Of a DNA stretch of 64,000 nt, positions 1-8,879 are shown piece after piece. The notes under the pieces were generated by a model, which was given only the letters and a program-made list of their open reading frames with translations, had not been told where the DNA came from and searched no databases. Source of the stretch: Candidatus Daviesbacteria bacterium (GTDB lineage: Bacteria > Patescibacteriota > Microgenomatia > Daviesbacterales > UBA10151); contig JACPKM010000004.1 in assembly GCA_016187025.1 (NCBI GenBank), forward strand, positions 163,637 to 227,636, read 5' to 3'. Every line of letters begins with the position of its first letter. Position 1 is the stretch's first letter. The position numbers and the translations under genes were made by a program.

Positions 1-404
1 GGGCAAGAGTAGATGAGGCAAATGTTGAAAAGAAGAAAGCTGAATTTCTCTACAGAGATGTAGATTCGCCAGCTGGCGAATTTAACTTTATGGATCCTGT
101 CTCTTTTGAGCAATTTACTATTTCTTCACAAGTAATTGGGGATCAAGCCAAATATTTAAAAGACGGCTTAGAGGTAATGTTAATTGTGTCAGATGGCGAG
201 GCCTTGGGTTTAGAGCTTCCCATGAGCTTAGTTTATACGATTTCCGAAACCGGTCCCGGAGAAAAAGGAAATACAGTTTCCAATGTTTTCAAAGAAGCAA
301 TTCTTGATAATGGACTGGTTGTTAAAGTGCCTATGTTTATGAAATCTGGAGAAAGAGTTAAAATAGATACTAGATCTGGAGAATATGTAGAAAGGGTGAA
401 ATAA
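1..404 (+). CDS. efp: Elongation factor P (5' truncated by window edge)
   Basis: Frame is open from base 3 (ARVDEANVEKKKAEFLYRD...FMDP); C-terminal PGEKGNT...VKVPMF...KIDTRSGEYVER is typical of EF-P. Confidence 0.95.
   Translation, partial: ARVDEANVEKKKAEFLYRDVDSPAGEFNFMDPVSFEQFTISSQVIGDQAKYLKDGLEVMLIVSDGEALGLELPMSLVYTISETGPGEKGNTVSNVFKEAILDNGLVVKVPMFMKSGERVKIDTRSGEYVERVK
64..81. repeat. Perfect 18-bp palindrome ATTCGCCAGCTGGCGAAT inside efp
   Basis: Self-complementary by inspection; GC-rich in an AT-rich gene. Confidence 0.85.
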
Positions 405-427
405 CAGATCGTGTATAATCAGAAAAT

Positions 428-1321
428 ATGGCCAAAAAGATAACTAAAGCTTTAATACCAGCTGCAGGGTTTGGAACACGTTTTTTACCCCAAACAAAGG
501 CAATGCCAAAGGAAATGCTTCCAATTGTAGACAAACCGGTTATTCAATATGTAGTAGAGGAAATTGTTGCCTCAGGAATTGAAAACATAGTAATAGTTAC
601 AGGTGCTACCAAAAGGGCTATAGAGGACCATTTTGACGTTCCAAATGAGGATTTGGTACAAAATCTGGTAAACGGTAAAAAAGCTGCACTTTTAGAACAA
701 ATTGAACATATCTCCAATATGGCAAACTTTATCTATGTTCGTCAAAAAGGACCGTATGGAAATGGAACTCCAGTGCTTTGTGGTGAATCCGTGATAGAAG
801 ATGAGCCGTTCGCAGTAATTTGGGGTGATGAGTTCATCTATGCTGAGCCCCCAAGACTTAAACAGATGATTGATGTTCACGAAAAATTCGGTGGAATCGT
901 AATCTCTGGAGTGAAAATTGAGAAGAAAGAAGATCTTAAACGTTATGGAATAGCGGACTTAGAGCCGGTTGAAGGAAATGTCTACAAAATTAAATCTATA
1001 GTTGAAAAACCTGATCCTGACAAAGCTCCGTCAAATATTGCAACCCATGGTGCCTATATTCTGCCTCCTGAAATCTTTAGTGCTTTAAAAAGACTTACTC
1101 CTGGACAAGGTGGTGAAATTTGGCTCGTCGACGCTATAAACCTTTTAAAAAAAGAAGGAGTACCTTTGTACGCTGTAGAGATTGAAAATGGAAAATACTA
1201 CGACACAGGCAATAAATTGGAGTATATGAAAACAGTAGTTGATTTAGCTAAGTCTCATCCTGAAATAGGGGAAGAATTTACTAAATACTTAGAAGATTTA
1301 ATTAAAAAGTCTCAAAACTAA
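428..1321 (+). CDS. galU: UTP--glucose-1-phosphate uridylyltransferase
   Basis: PAAGFGTRFLPQTKAMPKEMLPIVDKP, VEKP and GEIWLVDAI motifs. Confidence 0.93.
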   Translation: MAKKITKALIPAAGFGTRFLPQTKAMPKEMLPIVDKPVIQYVVEEIVASGIENIVIVTGATKRAIEDHFDVPNEDLVQNLVNGKKAALLEQIEHISNMANFIYVRQKGPYGNGTPVLCGESVIEDEPFAVIWGDEFIYAEPPRLKQMIDVHEKFGGIVISGVKIEKKEDLKRYGIADLEPVEGNVYKIKSIVEKPDPDKAPSNIATHGAYILPPEIFSALKRLTPGQGGEIWLVDAINLLKKEGVPLYAVEIENGKYYDTGNKLEYMKTVVDLAKSHPEIGEEFTKYLEDLIKKSQN

Positions 1322-1744
1322 TACTATTCCTGTAACTGTTAAAACCTGGTTTAGTATACCAACCTGCATTGTTTTTGTTTTGCCCTGAAGACTAGACTGT
1401 ATTTTGTAAATTAGACCAAAAGGAGGAAACTTCCAACCAAAAAACCAGTATGGTGCTTCTAATATATCCCAAATTTCAGATGCTAAAACTGCTGCTGAAA
1501 AATACCAAAAATCAATATTTCTGCCAAATAATAAATAGGCCAAGAGAAAACCGAATACCAGATCAAAAGTGGCTTCTAAAAACAACCTTAATTTAGTTTT
1601 TTGTCTCCATCCCCAGCCAAAGTCCCAGTGTGGAATTAAATCAAGCAAAGGATGCGAAACTGCAGATAGAGTTATTCCTAATACAGGGTTTTGCATCGAG
1701 GCTGCTATTGCGCCTCCAACTAATGCATGTGCGGTAGCGGTCAT
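1298..1744 (-). CDS. Membrane protein, possibly metal-dependent hydrolase-like (H...SHxxLDxxPH)
   Basis: Hydrophobic 148-aa ORF with TAHALVGG and SHPLLDLIPHWD; TGATATACT box 9 nt upstream. Confidence 0.65.
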   Translation of the reverse strand: MTATAHALVGGAIAASMQNPVLGITLSAVSHPLLDLIPHWDFGWGWRQKTKLRLFLEATFDLVFGFLLAYLLFGRNIDFWYFSAAVLASEIWDILEAPYWFFGWKFPPFGLIYKIQSSLQGKTKTMQVGILNQVLTVTGIVLVLRLFN

Positions 1745-1810
1745 GTTCTTCTTAGTATATCAATCTTTGTCAATTTGATTCAAGTTATTTCTTATGCTAA
1801 GCTTACCATC

Positions 1811-2752
1811 ATGTTTCCCGTGTTGTTTTCCATAGGTAAGGTTTCTATTTCATCCTTTGGTTTTTTCTTAGCTGCTGCATTTTTATATTCTATCTTTTTA
1901 ATTTGGAGACAGGCAAGAGCTGCAGAAATGGATGAAGAAAGAGTGCTGGATTTGAGTTTACTGACATTTTTAGGCGGTTTCCTAGGAGCCAGAGTCTATT
2001 TCATCTTGGAAAACCTGCAATTTTTTGGACTGGATATAGTGAAAATGTTTCATTTTTTAAAATACCCTGGTGTTTCTTTTTGGGGTGGATTTCTTGGTGG
2101 TTGGATAAGTCTGTATTATCTTTCCAGGCGCTTTAAATTGGATTTTTGGCAGATGGCTGATATTGGGTCAGTTGCTTTTTTAGGAGGTTTGATAGTAGCC
2201 GATATCGGATGTCTACTGGGTGGATGCAGTGTAGGGATCAAATCTAGTTTTTTAGGTATTGAGATGGTAGGGGTGGTTGACAAGAGGTTCCCTGTTCAAT
2301 TACTTGAGGCAGTGTTGTTTTCCTTGATTTTGCTCAAAATCTGGCCAAGTGTAACTCATTTTCACCTAAGAGGGAAAATAGTTAGCTCAGTTTTAATATT
2401 TATTGGTATAGTGAAATTTGCAACTGAGTTTTTAAGGGACAGTCAAGGTACAGGTTTTATTTTTTCAATTGTTTTGATTGCACTGGGTATTGCAGTTTTA
2501 TATAAAGTAGTGAATGTATCACTAAGATCCGGAAAGAGGGATTTTACAAAAGATCTTAAAAACCTAGTTTCCTTTCCGATAAGATTTGTAAGAAATAAGC
2601 AATTAAGAGTTGATATATTCCAAAAACTACACAAGAGTTGGTATAATTACATGGTAAATTTTTCATGGAAATGGAAGATTTTGGCCAAAAATCTTTCTTT
2701 CAATAGATTATTAAGGAGGATACATGTTAGACCTAAAATCGAAAACAGTTAA
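1811..2752 (+). CDS. lgt: Prolipoprotein diacylglyceryl transferase (Lgt)-family protein, divergent
   Basis: MFPVLFSIG start at 1811; GARVYF, SFWGG, IGCLLGGC, PVQLLE and EFLR motifs; several catalytic positions are substituted. Confidence 0.75.
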   Translation: MFPVLFSIGKVSISSFGFFLAAAFLYSIFLIWRQARAAEMDEERVLDLSLLTFLGGFLGARVYFILENLQFFGLDIVKMFHFLKYPGVSFWGGFLGGWISLYYLSRRFKLDFWQMADIGSVAFLGGLIVADIGCLLGGCSVGIKSSFLGIEMVGVVDKRFPVQLLEAVLFSLILLKIWPSVTHFHLRGKIVSSVLIFIGIVKFATEFLRDSQGTGFIFSIVLIALGIAVLYKVVNVSLRSGKRDFTKDLKNLVSFPIRFVRNKQLRVDIFQKLHKSWYNYMVNFSWKWKILAKNLSFNRLLRRIHVRPKIENS

Positions 2753-3077
2753 ATTAATCAAAAATAAGCTACTTAGGCAAAAGAGTGAAGTTGAGGTAAA
2801 CCTAAAAGAAGTGGAGCAAGATGACCCAGCATTGGAAACAGTGGTAGAATCCAGTGAACCCGGGACTGACTCCTATATTGCTGAAACTCACACCAGATCG
2901 GTTATTTTAATGAGTAACTTGAAAAAGATAAGAGAAAATATAAAAAAATCCTTGGAAAAAATCAAAAGTGGAATTTATGGAAAATGCGAGAAATGTGGAA
3001 AACAGATAGAAACCGCCCGTTTGATTGTAATGCCTACAGCAGACTACTGTGTTTCTTGTAATAATAAAAAGAAGTGA
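2724..3077 (+). CDS. DksA/TraR family C4 zinc-finger protein
   Basis: YGKCEKCGKQI..ARL..MPTADYCVSC with a coiled-coil N-terminus. Confidence 0.9.
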   Translation: MLDLKSKTVKLIKNKLLRQKSEVEVNLKEVEQDDPALETVVESSEPGTDSYIAETHTRSVILMSNLKKIRENIKKSLEKIKSGIYGKCEKCGKQIETARLIVMPTADYCVSCNNKKK

Positions 3078-3084
3078 TCTGATA

Positions 3085-3113
3085 CAAGAAACCGAGGGCC
3101 AAAAAGCCCTCGG
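3085..3113 (-). terminator. Putative intrinsic terminator
   Basis: CCGAGGGC/GCCCTCGG 8-bp stem (3092-3113) followed by TTTCTT on the minus strand, between convergent genes. Confidence 0.6.
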
Positions 3114-3142
3114 AAATTTTCCTTACCAAATTCACCTAAAAC

Positions 3143-3472
3143 CTAATCTGTGTGCCAAGGCAGCCTTGCCTTTGGATTGCTCCAGAAATAAGCAAGATAT
3201 AATGCTACTGCAAAACCACCTGCTAAAAATGACCATAAATTAGTACCCTCCAAGTTAGCGTTCCATGGTAGAACCAATCCTCCTTGACCCGAGGCCAAAC
3301 CCAGAACATATAATGCAATTAAAACATTAACAAAACCCCAAATAACATTAAGCTCTGGTGAAGAAACCCTTTTGAAAGGAGTCATATGTTTTTGGCCGGT
3401 AATTCCTTTTACCAGATGCGGAATTGAATTCCAGGCAAAAAAACCTGCAACAAAATACCAAAGAAGTTCCAA
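3143..3472 (-). CDS. Small integral membrane protein
   Basis: Three hydrophobic segments, NSIPHLVKG motif, strong AGGAGGTG Shine-Dalgarno before a TTG start. Confidence 0.75.
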   Translation of the reverse strand: MELLWYFVAGFFAWNSIPHLVKGITGQKHMTPFKRVSSPELNVIWGFVNVLIALYVLGLASGQGGLVLPWNANLEGTNLWSFLAGGFAVALYLAYFWSNPKARLPWHTD

Positions 3473-3572
3473 AACTATTCACCTCCTTTCAGTTATACTA
3501 TTATCATCATGAGCATAATAAGAATTGATTGTCAAATTAGAAAAATTTTTATGCTTAAGCTACAATAAAATT

Positions 3573-4400
3573 ATGGTAAGAATAAAACTAGCCGTGAGAC
3601 AAACAAAGTTAATAAAGTTGCCTGGAAGTGATTTAATAAAACAAATTTTGGAATATGTACAGGTAGAAAGATTGCGCCCTCAGGTAAAAAAAGCAGCTTT
3701 GAAAGCAAGAAAAGGGGAAATAATCCTCATACCGGCTGATGGTGTATATAATCTTTCTACCAATGGCACCTTACCTCATGCTGTAGAAACCAGTAGAGCA
3801 ATCAAGCAAAGGACTAAAGCACATAGAGAAGGCATGATAACCCCTCCAAAAAAGCTTTTAAGATATATAGATTTAAAAACGCTAAAAGAACTTAACGGAA
3901 TCGGGTTTGAGGTAATAGATAAATTATATAAAGCCGGTCAAATAGGCTTAATTATCCCTTGTTTAGAAGAAGTTACTCCTTCGCACCTTATTACTTACCA
4001 TGAAATCAATGGCAAACAGATTCCTACTGTTTTGAATGTTTGGAATTACAAATGCAAAATTTGGCAGCTACTCGATAAAGAATTTTCGAAAGACCCTAAT
4101 ATGCTTTGGGTGGGAACATCGGCAAATATTAGCAATAATCCTTCTATTACTGATTTTGCCACAGCTATTGAAACTTTTGGCCAGATGGTTTCAGCTGCTA
4201 TAAAGGACCCCAGAGAGCATAGACATATTTATACTGGTTCATATACTGTTATAAATTTGGCAAAAAAAATACCTGAGGTTCATAGGATAGGGTCTATCGA
4301 CCCAAATAAGCATCCTGAAAAGTTTAATAAGCTTGTGAAAGTATTAGCAAGTAGTAAAATCAACTTGGTAATCCCGTCCGATACAAAAAAAACCAATTGA
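3573..4400 (+). CDS. Sua5/YrdC/YciO-family protein, divergent
   Basis: IILIPADGVYNL, IKQR and TSANIS resemble TsaC motifs; ATG at 3573 preferred over the TTG at 3525. Confidence 0.7.
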   Translation: MVRIKLAVRQTKLIKLPGSDLIKQILEYVQVERLRPQVKKAALKARKGEIILIPADGVYNLSTNGTLPHAVETSRAIKQRTKAHREGMITPPKKLLRYIDLKTLKELNGIGFEVIDKLYKAGQIGLIIPCLEEVTPSHLITYHEINGKQIPTVLNVWNYKCKIWQLLDKEFSKDPNMLWVGTSANISNNPSITDFATAIETFGQMVSAAIKDPREHRHIYTGSYTVINLAKKIPEVHRIGSIDPNKHPEKFNKLVKVLASSKINLVIPSDTKKTN

Positions 4401-4442
4401 AGGCACTTTCATCCCAAGAGTAGTCTGGTTTATACTGTATAT

Positions 4443-5924
4443 ATGCTGATAGGGATAATTGCTTTAACAGTTTTACTTTTGGTAGTTGTTCTAATCCTGA
4501 AACAGCTATATCAAAAGTTTAATAAGCAAGTTGCCAAGCTATCCTATCAAAATAGACTACTGCAAGCTTTAAGACACCTAGATATTGCAGCTCTTTCTAC
4601 TACTGAGTTAGAACCTATCTGTCAACAAATAGTCAATGCCATAAGAGGAGAGCTGGGGTATTTTTTTGGTGCAGTGGCGCTAATAGATGAGAGGTTAGGG
4701 GGGTTAAGAAGAATCGCAATCTCAGAGGATCCTAGGCTAAAAGAAGTTCTCCGCCGTTTACCTATAGAATACAGCAAACAAGTAGTGCCTTTTGATAGAA
4801 AAGATAATACTTTAATACAAGTAATCACAGATCAAAAAAGTAGGTATACTGATCGGCTATTTGATTTACAAAGGGGTGTTTTCTCGCCTGACATTTCTGA
4901 TAATATGCAATCAACTCTGAGCATGAAGGGTTTTTTTGTGTACCCTTTGGTTACCAAAAGAAGGGTGCTTGGTATCATGTATTATTGCACTACGGTTCCA
5001 AAAGAAAAGTTTTCTAGTTTTGAGTTTGATGTGATGGATGAGTTTAGTAGAGAAGTGGCCCGTGTTTTGGATAACGCCCTGTTGTATCAAGATCTAAAGC
5101 AAACTACAGGTGAGCTTAGTGTTGCTAATACAAGGCTTAAAGATCTCGATAAACTAAAAGATGATTTCGTATCAGTTGCTTCACATGAGTTGAGAACTCC
5201 TATGACTGCAATCCGTTCATATGCATGGATGGCTCTTAACCGCTCTAATGTAGTTCTATCACCTCAACTGGAGAAATATTTAATAAGAATTTTAATCTCT
5301 ACCGAGCGCTTAATTAACCTTGTTAATGACATGTTAAATATTTCCAGGATTGAATCAGGTAGAATTGAGATAAACCCAGAACCAGTGGATATGATCTCTC
5401 TTTGCAGAGATATTATTGACGAAGTCTATTATTCTAAGGTTTCCGAGAGAAATATCAATTTTATCTTACTAGAAGAGCGTTTACCTAAAGTGTTTGCTGA
5501 CCCTGAAAAATTTAGACAAGTGCTTTTAAATATTGTGGGTAATGCGCTTAAATTCTCTCCAAAAGGAGGGAAAATTACCATAGGATTTTTAACTGATGGT
5601 AAGGTAGTGGAAACATATGTTCAAGATGAGGGGCCGGGTATTAGCAAAGAAGATTTAGGTAGATTATTTACTAAGTTTGGCAGGCTAGATAACTCCTATA
5701 CTGCTACAGCTACATCTGGTGGAACCGGTTTGGGTTTGTACATTTCAAAAAATCTGGTAGAGCTAATGCATGGTAAGATTTGGGCCAGTTCAAAAGGTCT
5801 TGGTAAAGGAGCTACTTTTGCTTTATGTCTACCCATTGCTTCTGAGGAGGTAATAAAAAATGCCGAAAAGTTTCATATAAAACCATCAGGAGAAGTTAGA
5901 GGTTTAGAGCCTGTTGCAATTTAG
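4443..5924 (+). CDS. GAF-domain sensor histidine kinase
   Basis: N-terminal TM, GAF-like region, SHELRTP H-box, NALKF, DEGPG, GGTGLGL. Confidence 0.93.
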   Translation: MLIGIIALTVLLLVVVLILKQLYQKFNKQVAKLSYQNRLLQALRHLDIAALSTTELEPICQQIVNAIRGELGYFFGAVALIDERLGGLRRIAISEDPRLKEVLRRLPIEYSKQVVPFDRKDNTLIQVITDQKSRYTDRLFDLQRGVFSPDISDNMQSTLSMKGFFVYPLVTKRRVLGIMYYCTTVPKEKFSSFEFDVMDEFSREVARVLDNALLYQDLKQTTGELSVANTRLKDLDKLKDDFVSVASHELRTPMTAIRSYAWMALNRSNVVLSPQLEKYLIRILISTERLINLVNDMLNISRIESGRIEINPEPVDMISLCRDIIDEVYYSKVSERNINFILLEERLPKVFADPEKFRQVLLNIVGNALKFSPKGGKITIGFLTDGKVVETYVQDEGPGISKEDLGRLFTKFGRLDNSYTATATSGGTGLGLYISKNLVELMHGKIWASSKGLGKGATFALCLPIASEEVIKNAEKFHIKPSGEVRGLEPVAI

Positions 5925-5968
5925 CCCTGTAACGAGTAAAAATAAGGTAGCAAGCCTTTGTTAAAAAT

Positions 5969-6352
5969 ATGGATAATAGTCAAAAAAGAATTTTAGTTGT
6001 TGAGGATGACCAATTTTTAAGAGAGTTCTATCAGGAACTTTTGATGGGTGAGGGTTATAACGTAGATGTAGCAGCAGATGGAGAAATAGCTTTCCAAAAG
6101 GCTCATGAAGGAGGATACAACTTAATCCTTTTGGATATAATGTTACCTAAAAAAGATGGCCTTCAAGTTATGCGGGATCTAAGGATTCACTCTCCACTCA
6201 AGCCAAATGGTCCGATTATTGCTCTAACTAATTTAGGCCATGATGTTGTAATCAAACAATGCTTTGAGCTGGGAGCCAGCGGTTATTTAATAAAATCTGC
6301 TTTAAATCCCGATCAAGTATTAACAGAGGTCCGTTCATATTTGCAAAAGTAG
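5969..6352 (+). CDS. Single-domain response regulator (receiver)
   Basis: ILVVEDD, LLDIMLPKKDG, YLIK. Confidence 0.93.
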   Translation: MDNSQKRILVVEDDQFLREFYQELLMGEGYNVDVAADGEIAFQKAHEGGYNLILLDIMLPKKDGLQVMRDLRIHSPLKPNGPIIALTNLGHDVVIKQCFELGASGYLIKSALNPDQVLTEVRSYLQK

Positions 6353-6370
6353 TCTTCTTTTTAATCCATT

Positions 6371-7144
6371 ATGGAAAATAATCCCTATACACTTCAGGTA
6401 ATTTATGAAGATGAGTATATTTTAGTAATTAATAAACCAGCTCATTTGATCACTGCCAAAACAGATACTGGTAATCAAACAACTATTGAGGATTTATTAG
6501 CAAAAGATTTTAAAATAGATACAGAAAATGCAGGTTTAGTTCATCGGCTCGACAAAGAAACTTCGGGTTTGCTGGTTGTAGCAAAAACTCCTCAAGCACG
6601 CGCGAACATTCAGGATCAGTTTAAAGAGAGGCTTGTTAAAAAAGAATACTTAGCCTTAGCACATGGTTTTATATCTGAAAAAGGCGAGATAAATTTGGCA
6701 ATTGGTAGAAATCCTTTTAGGCATGATAAGTTTTCTGCAATCGAAGATGGAAGAGAGTCAGTAACAGAATACGAACCAATTGAGAAAAAAGCGATAAGCG
6801 CACAATTAAGAAGTGTTTTAAAAGAGCAGTTAGGTAAGCAAAAGTTTAAAAAAATGGAGCAAATGAATTATGGAAAATTTACCTATCTTAAATGTAAACC
6901 AAAGACTGGACGGACCCATCAAATTAGAGTACATTTAAAGTATATCAACCATCCAATAGTTGGGGATAGTAAATACGGTGGGCGGAAAACCCAAAAGATT
7001 GATTCTATTTGGTGCCCAAGGCAATTTTTACATGCAGCAAAATTGGAATTTTATCACCCCATAACAGCTGGTTGGTTGGAATTTGAAAGTGATTTACCAG
7101 AAGATTTAGTAAAAGCTCTAAATTTGTTAGGTAAACATCAGTAA
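6371..7144 (+). CDS. RluA/RluD-family pseudouridine synthase
   Basis: VHRLDKETSG, TGRTHQIRVH, PIVGD and FLHA motifs; no S4 domain. Confidence 0.93.
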   Translation: MENNPYTLQVIYEDEYILVINKPAHLITAKTDTGNQTTIEDLLAKDFKIDTENAGLVHRLDKETSGLLVVAKTPQARANIQDQFKERLVKKEYLALAHGFISEKGEINLAIGRNPFRHDKFSAIEDGRESVTEYEPIEKKAISAQLRSVLKEQLGKQKFKKMEQMNYGKFTYLKCKPKTGRTHQIRVHLKYINHPIVGDSKYGGRKTQKIDSIWCPRQFLHAAKLEFYHPITAGWLEFESDLPEDLVKALNLLGKHQ

Positions 7145-7151
7145 TTTATTC

Positions 7152-8858
7152 ATGGACAATATATTCGTTCAACTTGCGGCAATTTTAGGCTCATCATCGA
7201 TACTAGGCTATATTACTCATAAGTTAAAACTACCCATACTTATTGCCTATCTTTTGGTGGGTTTGGTCATAGCAACCGTAACAATTTTTAATCTTAAAGA
7301 TTCTGAGGTTTTACGGTTTCTACCTGAAATCGGTATTGCTTTTGTTTTATTTCTGGTAGGAATGGAACTAGATCTAAGAGAAATTAAAAAATTTGGCAGG
7401 CCAATAATTATAGCCTCAATTTTACAAATACTAATTTCTTCTTTTGCTGGTTTTGCCATAGCCGGAGCATTTGGTTTTGGCATGATTGAATCTATATATT
7501 TGGGAGTAGGACTATCATTTTCTTCAACAATAGTTGTTATAAAGCTGCTTTTGGAAAAAAATGACTTAACTTCCTTATATGGAAAGCTTTCGGTTGGCAT
7601 TTTGCTTATGGAGGATTTAATTGCTGTTTTGATCTTGCTTGGACTGACAGTATCTCCATCTTTTTTCAATTTTGGATTTCAGCAAACCTTTCCGATTGTG
7701 TCATTTGTTTTTAAGGTATTTATTTTATTTGCAGCTACTGTTTTGATAAACAGATATGTGCTACCAAAAATTTTTGATGAAGTTTCTGAGTCGGTAGAAT
7801 TGCTCTTTTTGTCTGCAATTGCATGGTGTTTTGTTTATGTAGCTTTTGCTCTTGCCTTGGGTTTTTCAGTGGTCATAGGAGCATTTTTGGCAGGTATAGG
7901 ATTGGCATCTTCCCCATATCACTATCAGATTCAAGGTAAGGTTAAGCCTTTAAGAGATTTTTTCCTAACTTTATTCTTTGTTTATTTAGGCACGCAAGTG
8001 AATTTTTCAGATTTAAAAAATGTATATCCGGCAATAATAGCTTTTACATTATATGCAGTAGTTGCCAAGCCAATTATCTTTTTACTGGTTTTAGGTAGTT
8101 TCGGATTCAGAAAACACACGATGTTTCAAACTGCTATAAATTTATCAAACATTTCAGAATTTTCTTTAATTGTACTTTTAGTAGGGCTTCAGATGGGTTT
8201 TGTCAGCAGTTCATCTTTGACAGTGATTGCAGTTTCACTAATTCTTTCTACAATCATATCCTCACTTTTAATCTCTAAATCTGTGGCAGTATACAAATAC
8301 ATGAAATCATTAATTTCATTTTTTGAAAGAAGAACTCCCCATAAACTAGTGCAAGATACCAGCAATTATGATTTAAAAGACCATGTAGTAATAATAGGTT
8401 CACAGCATGTAGGAGAAAGTTTGGTTAAATACTTTCAAAAAGAAAGTATCCAGATGGTAGTTTTGGATTTTAATCCATACCAGGTTGAAAGGTTGTTACT
8501 GGGTAAAATACCTGTTGTGTTTGGAGATATGGGAGATCCTGAAGTTTTGGAGATACTAAACTTAAGTGAGGCTAAAATGATTATTTCAACAGTTCCCAAC
8601 TTGGCAGATAATAAATTATTGATTGAAGAAATAAAGGATAGAAGCCTAAATATTCCTTTAATAATCCGCGCAGATACTATTAAGGAAGCAAAGGAGTTAT
8701 ATAAATTTGGGGCAACTTTTGTCTTTGTACCAGATTTGGTTTCAGGAGATTTCTTAGTAGAGATGTTAAAAAACCACTTAGAGGATAGGGGATATTTTAA
8801 GGAAAGGCCTAAGGTAGAGATGGAGAAGTTATCGCGTAAAAATCTAGCCTGGGAATAG
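7152..8858 (+). CDS. CPA2/Kef-type cation:proton antiporter with C-terminal TrkA-N (KTN) domain
   Basis: LFLVGMEL, FSSTIVVIK, LLMED and ISEFS motifs in a polytopic membrane domain; cytoplasmic VVFGD..DPEVL. Confidence 0.9.
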   Translation: MDNIFVQLAAILGSSSILGYITHKLKLPILIAYLLVGLVIATVTIFNLKDSEVLRFLPEIGIAFVLFLVGMELDLREIKKFGRPIIIASILQILISSFAGFAIAGAFGFGMIESIYLGVGLSFSSTIVVIKLLLEKNDLTSLYGKLSVGILLMEDLIAVLILLGLTVSPSFFNFGFQQTFPIVSFVFKVFILFAATVLINRYVLPKIFDEVSESVELLFLSAIAWCFVYVAFALALGFSVVIGAFLAGIGLASSPYHYQIQGKVKPLRDFFLTLFFVYLGTQVNFSDLKNVYPAIIAFTLYAVVAKPIIFLLVLGSFGFRKHTMFQTAINLSNISEFSLIVLLVGLQMGFVSSSSLTVIAVSLILSTIISSLLISKSVAVYKYMKSLISFFERRTPHKLVQDTSNYDLKDHVVIIGSQHVGESLVKYFQKESIQMVVLDFNPYQVERLLLGKIPVVFGDMGDPEVLEILNLSEAKMIISTVPNLADNKLLIEEIKDRSLNIPLIIRADTIKEAKELYKFGATFVFVPDLVSGDFLVEMLKNHLEDRGYFKERPKVEMEKLSRKNLAWE

Positions 8859-8879
8859 AATTGGGTAAAATGTAGCTTA

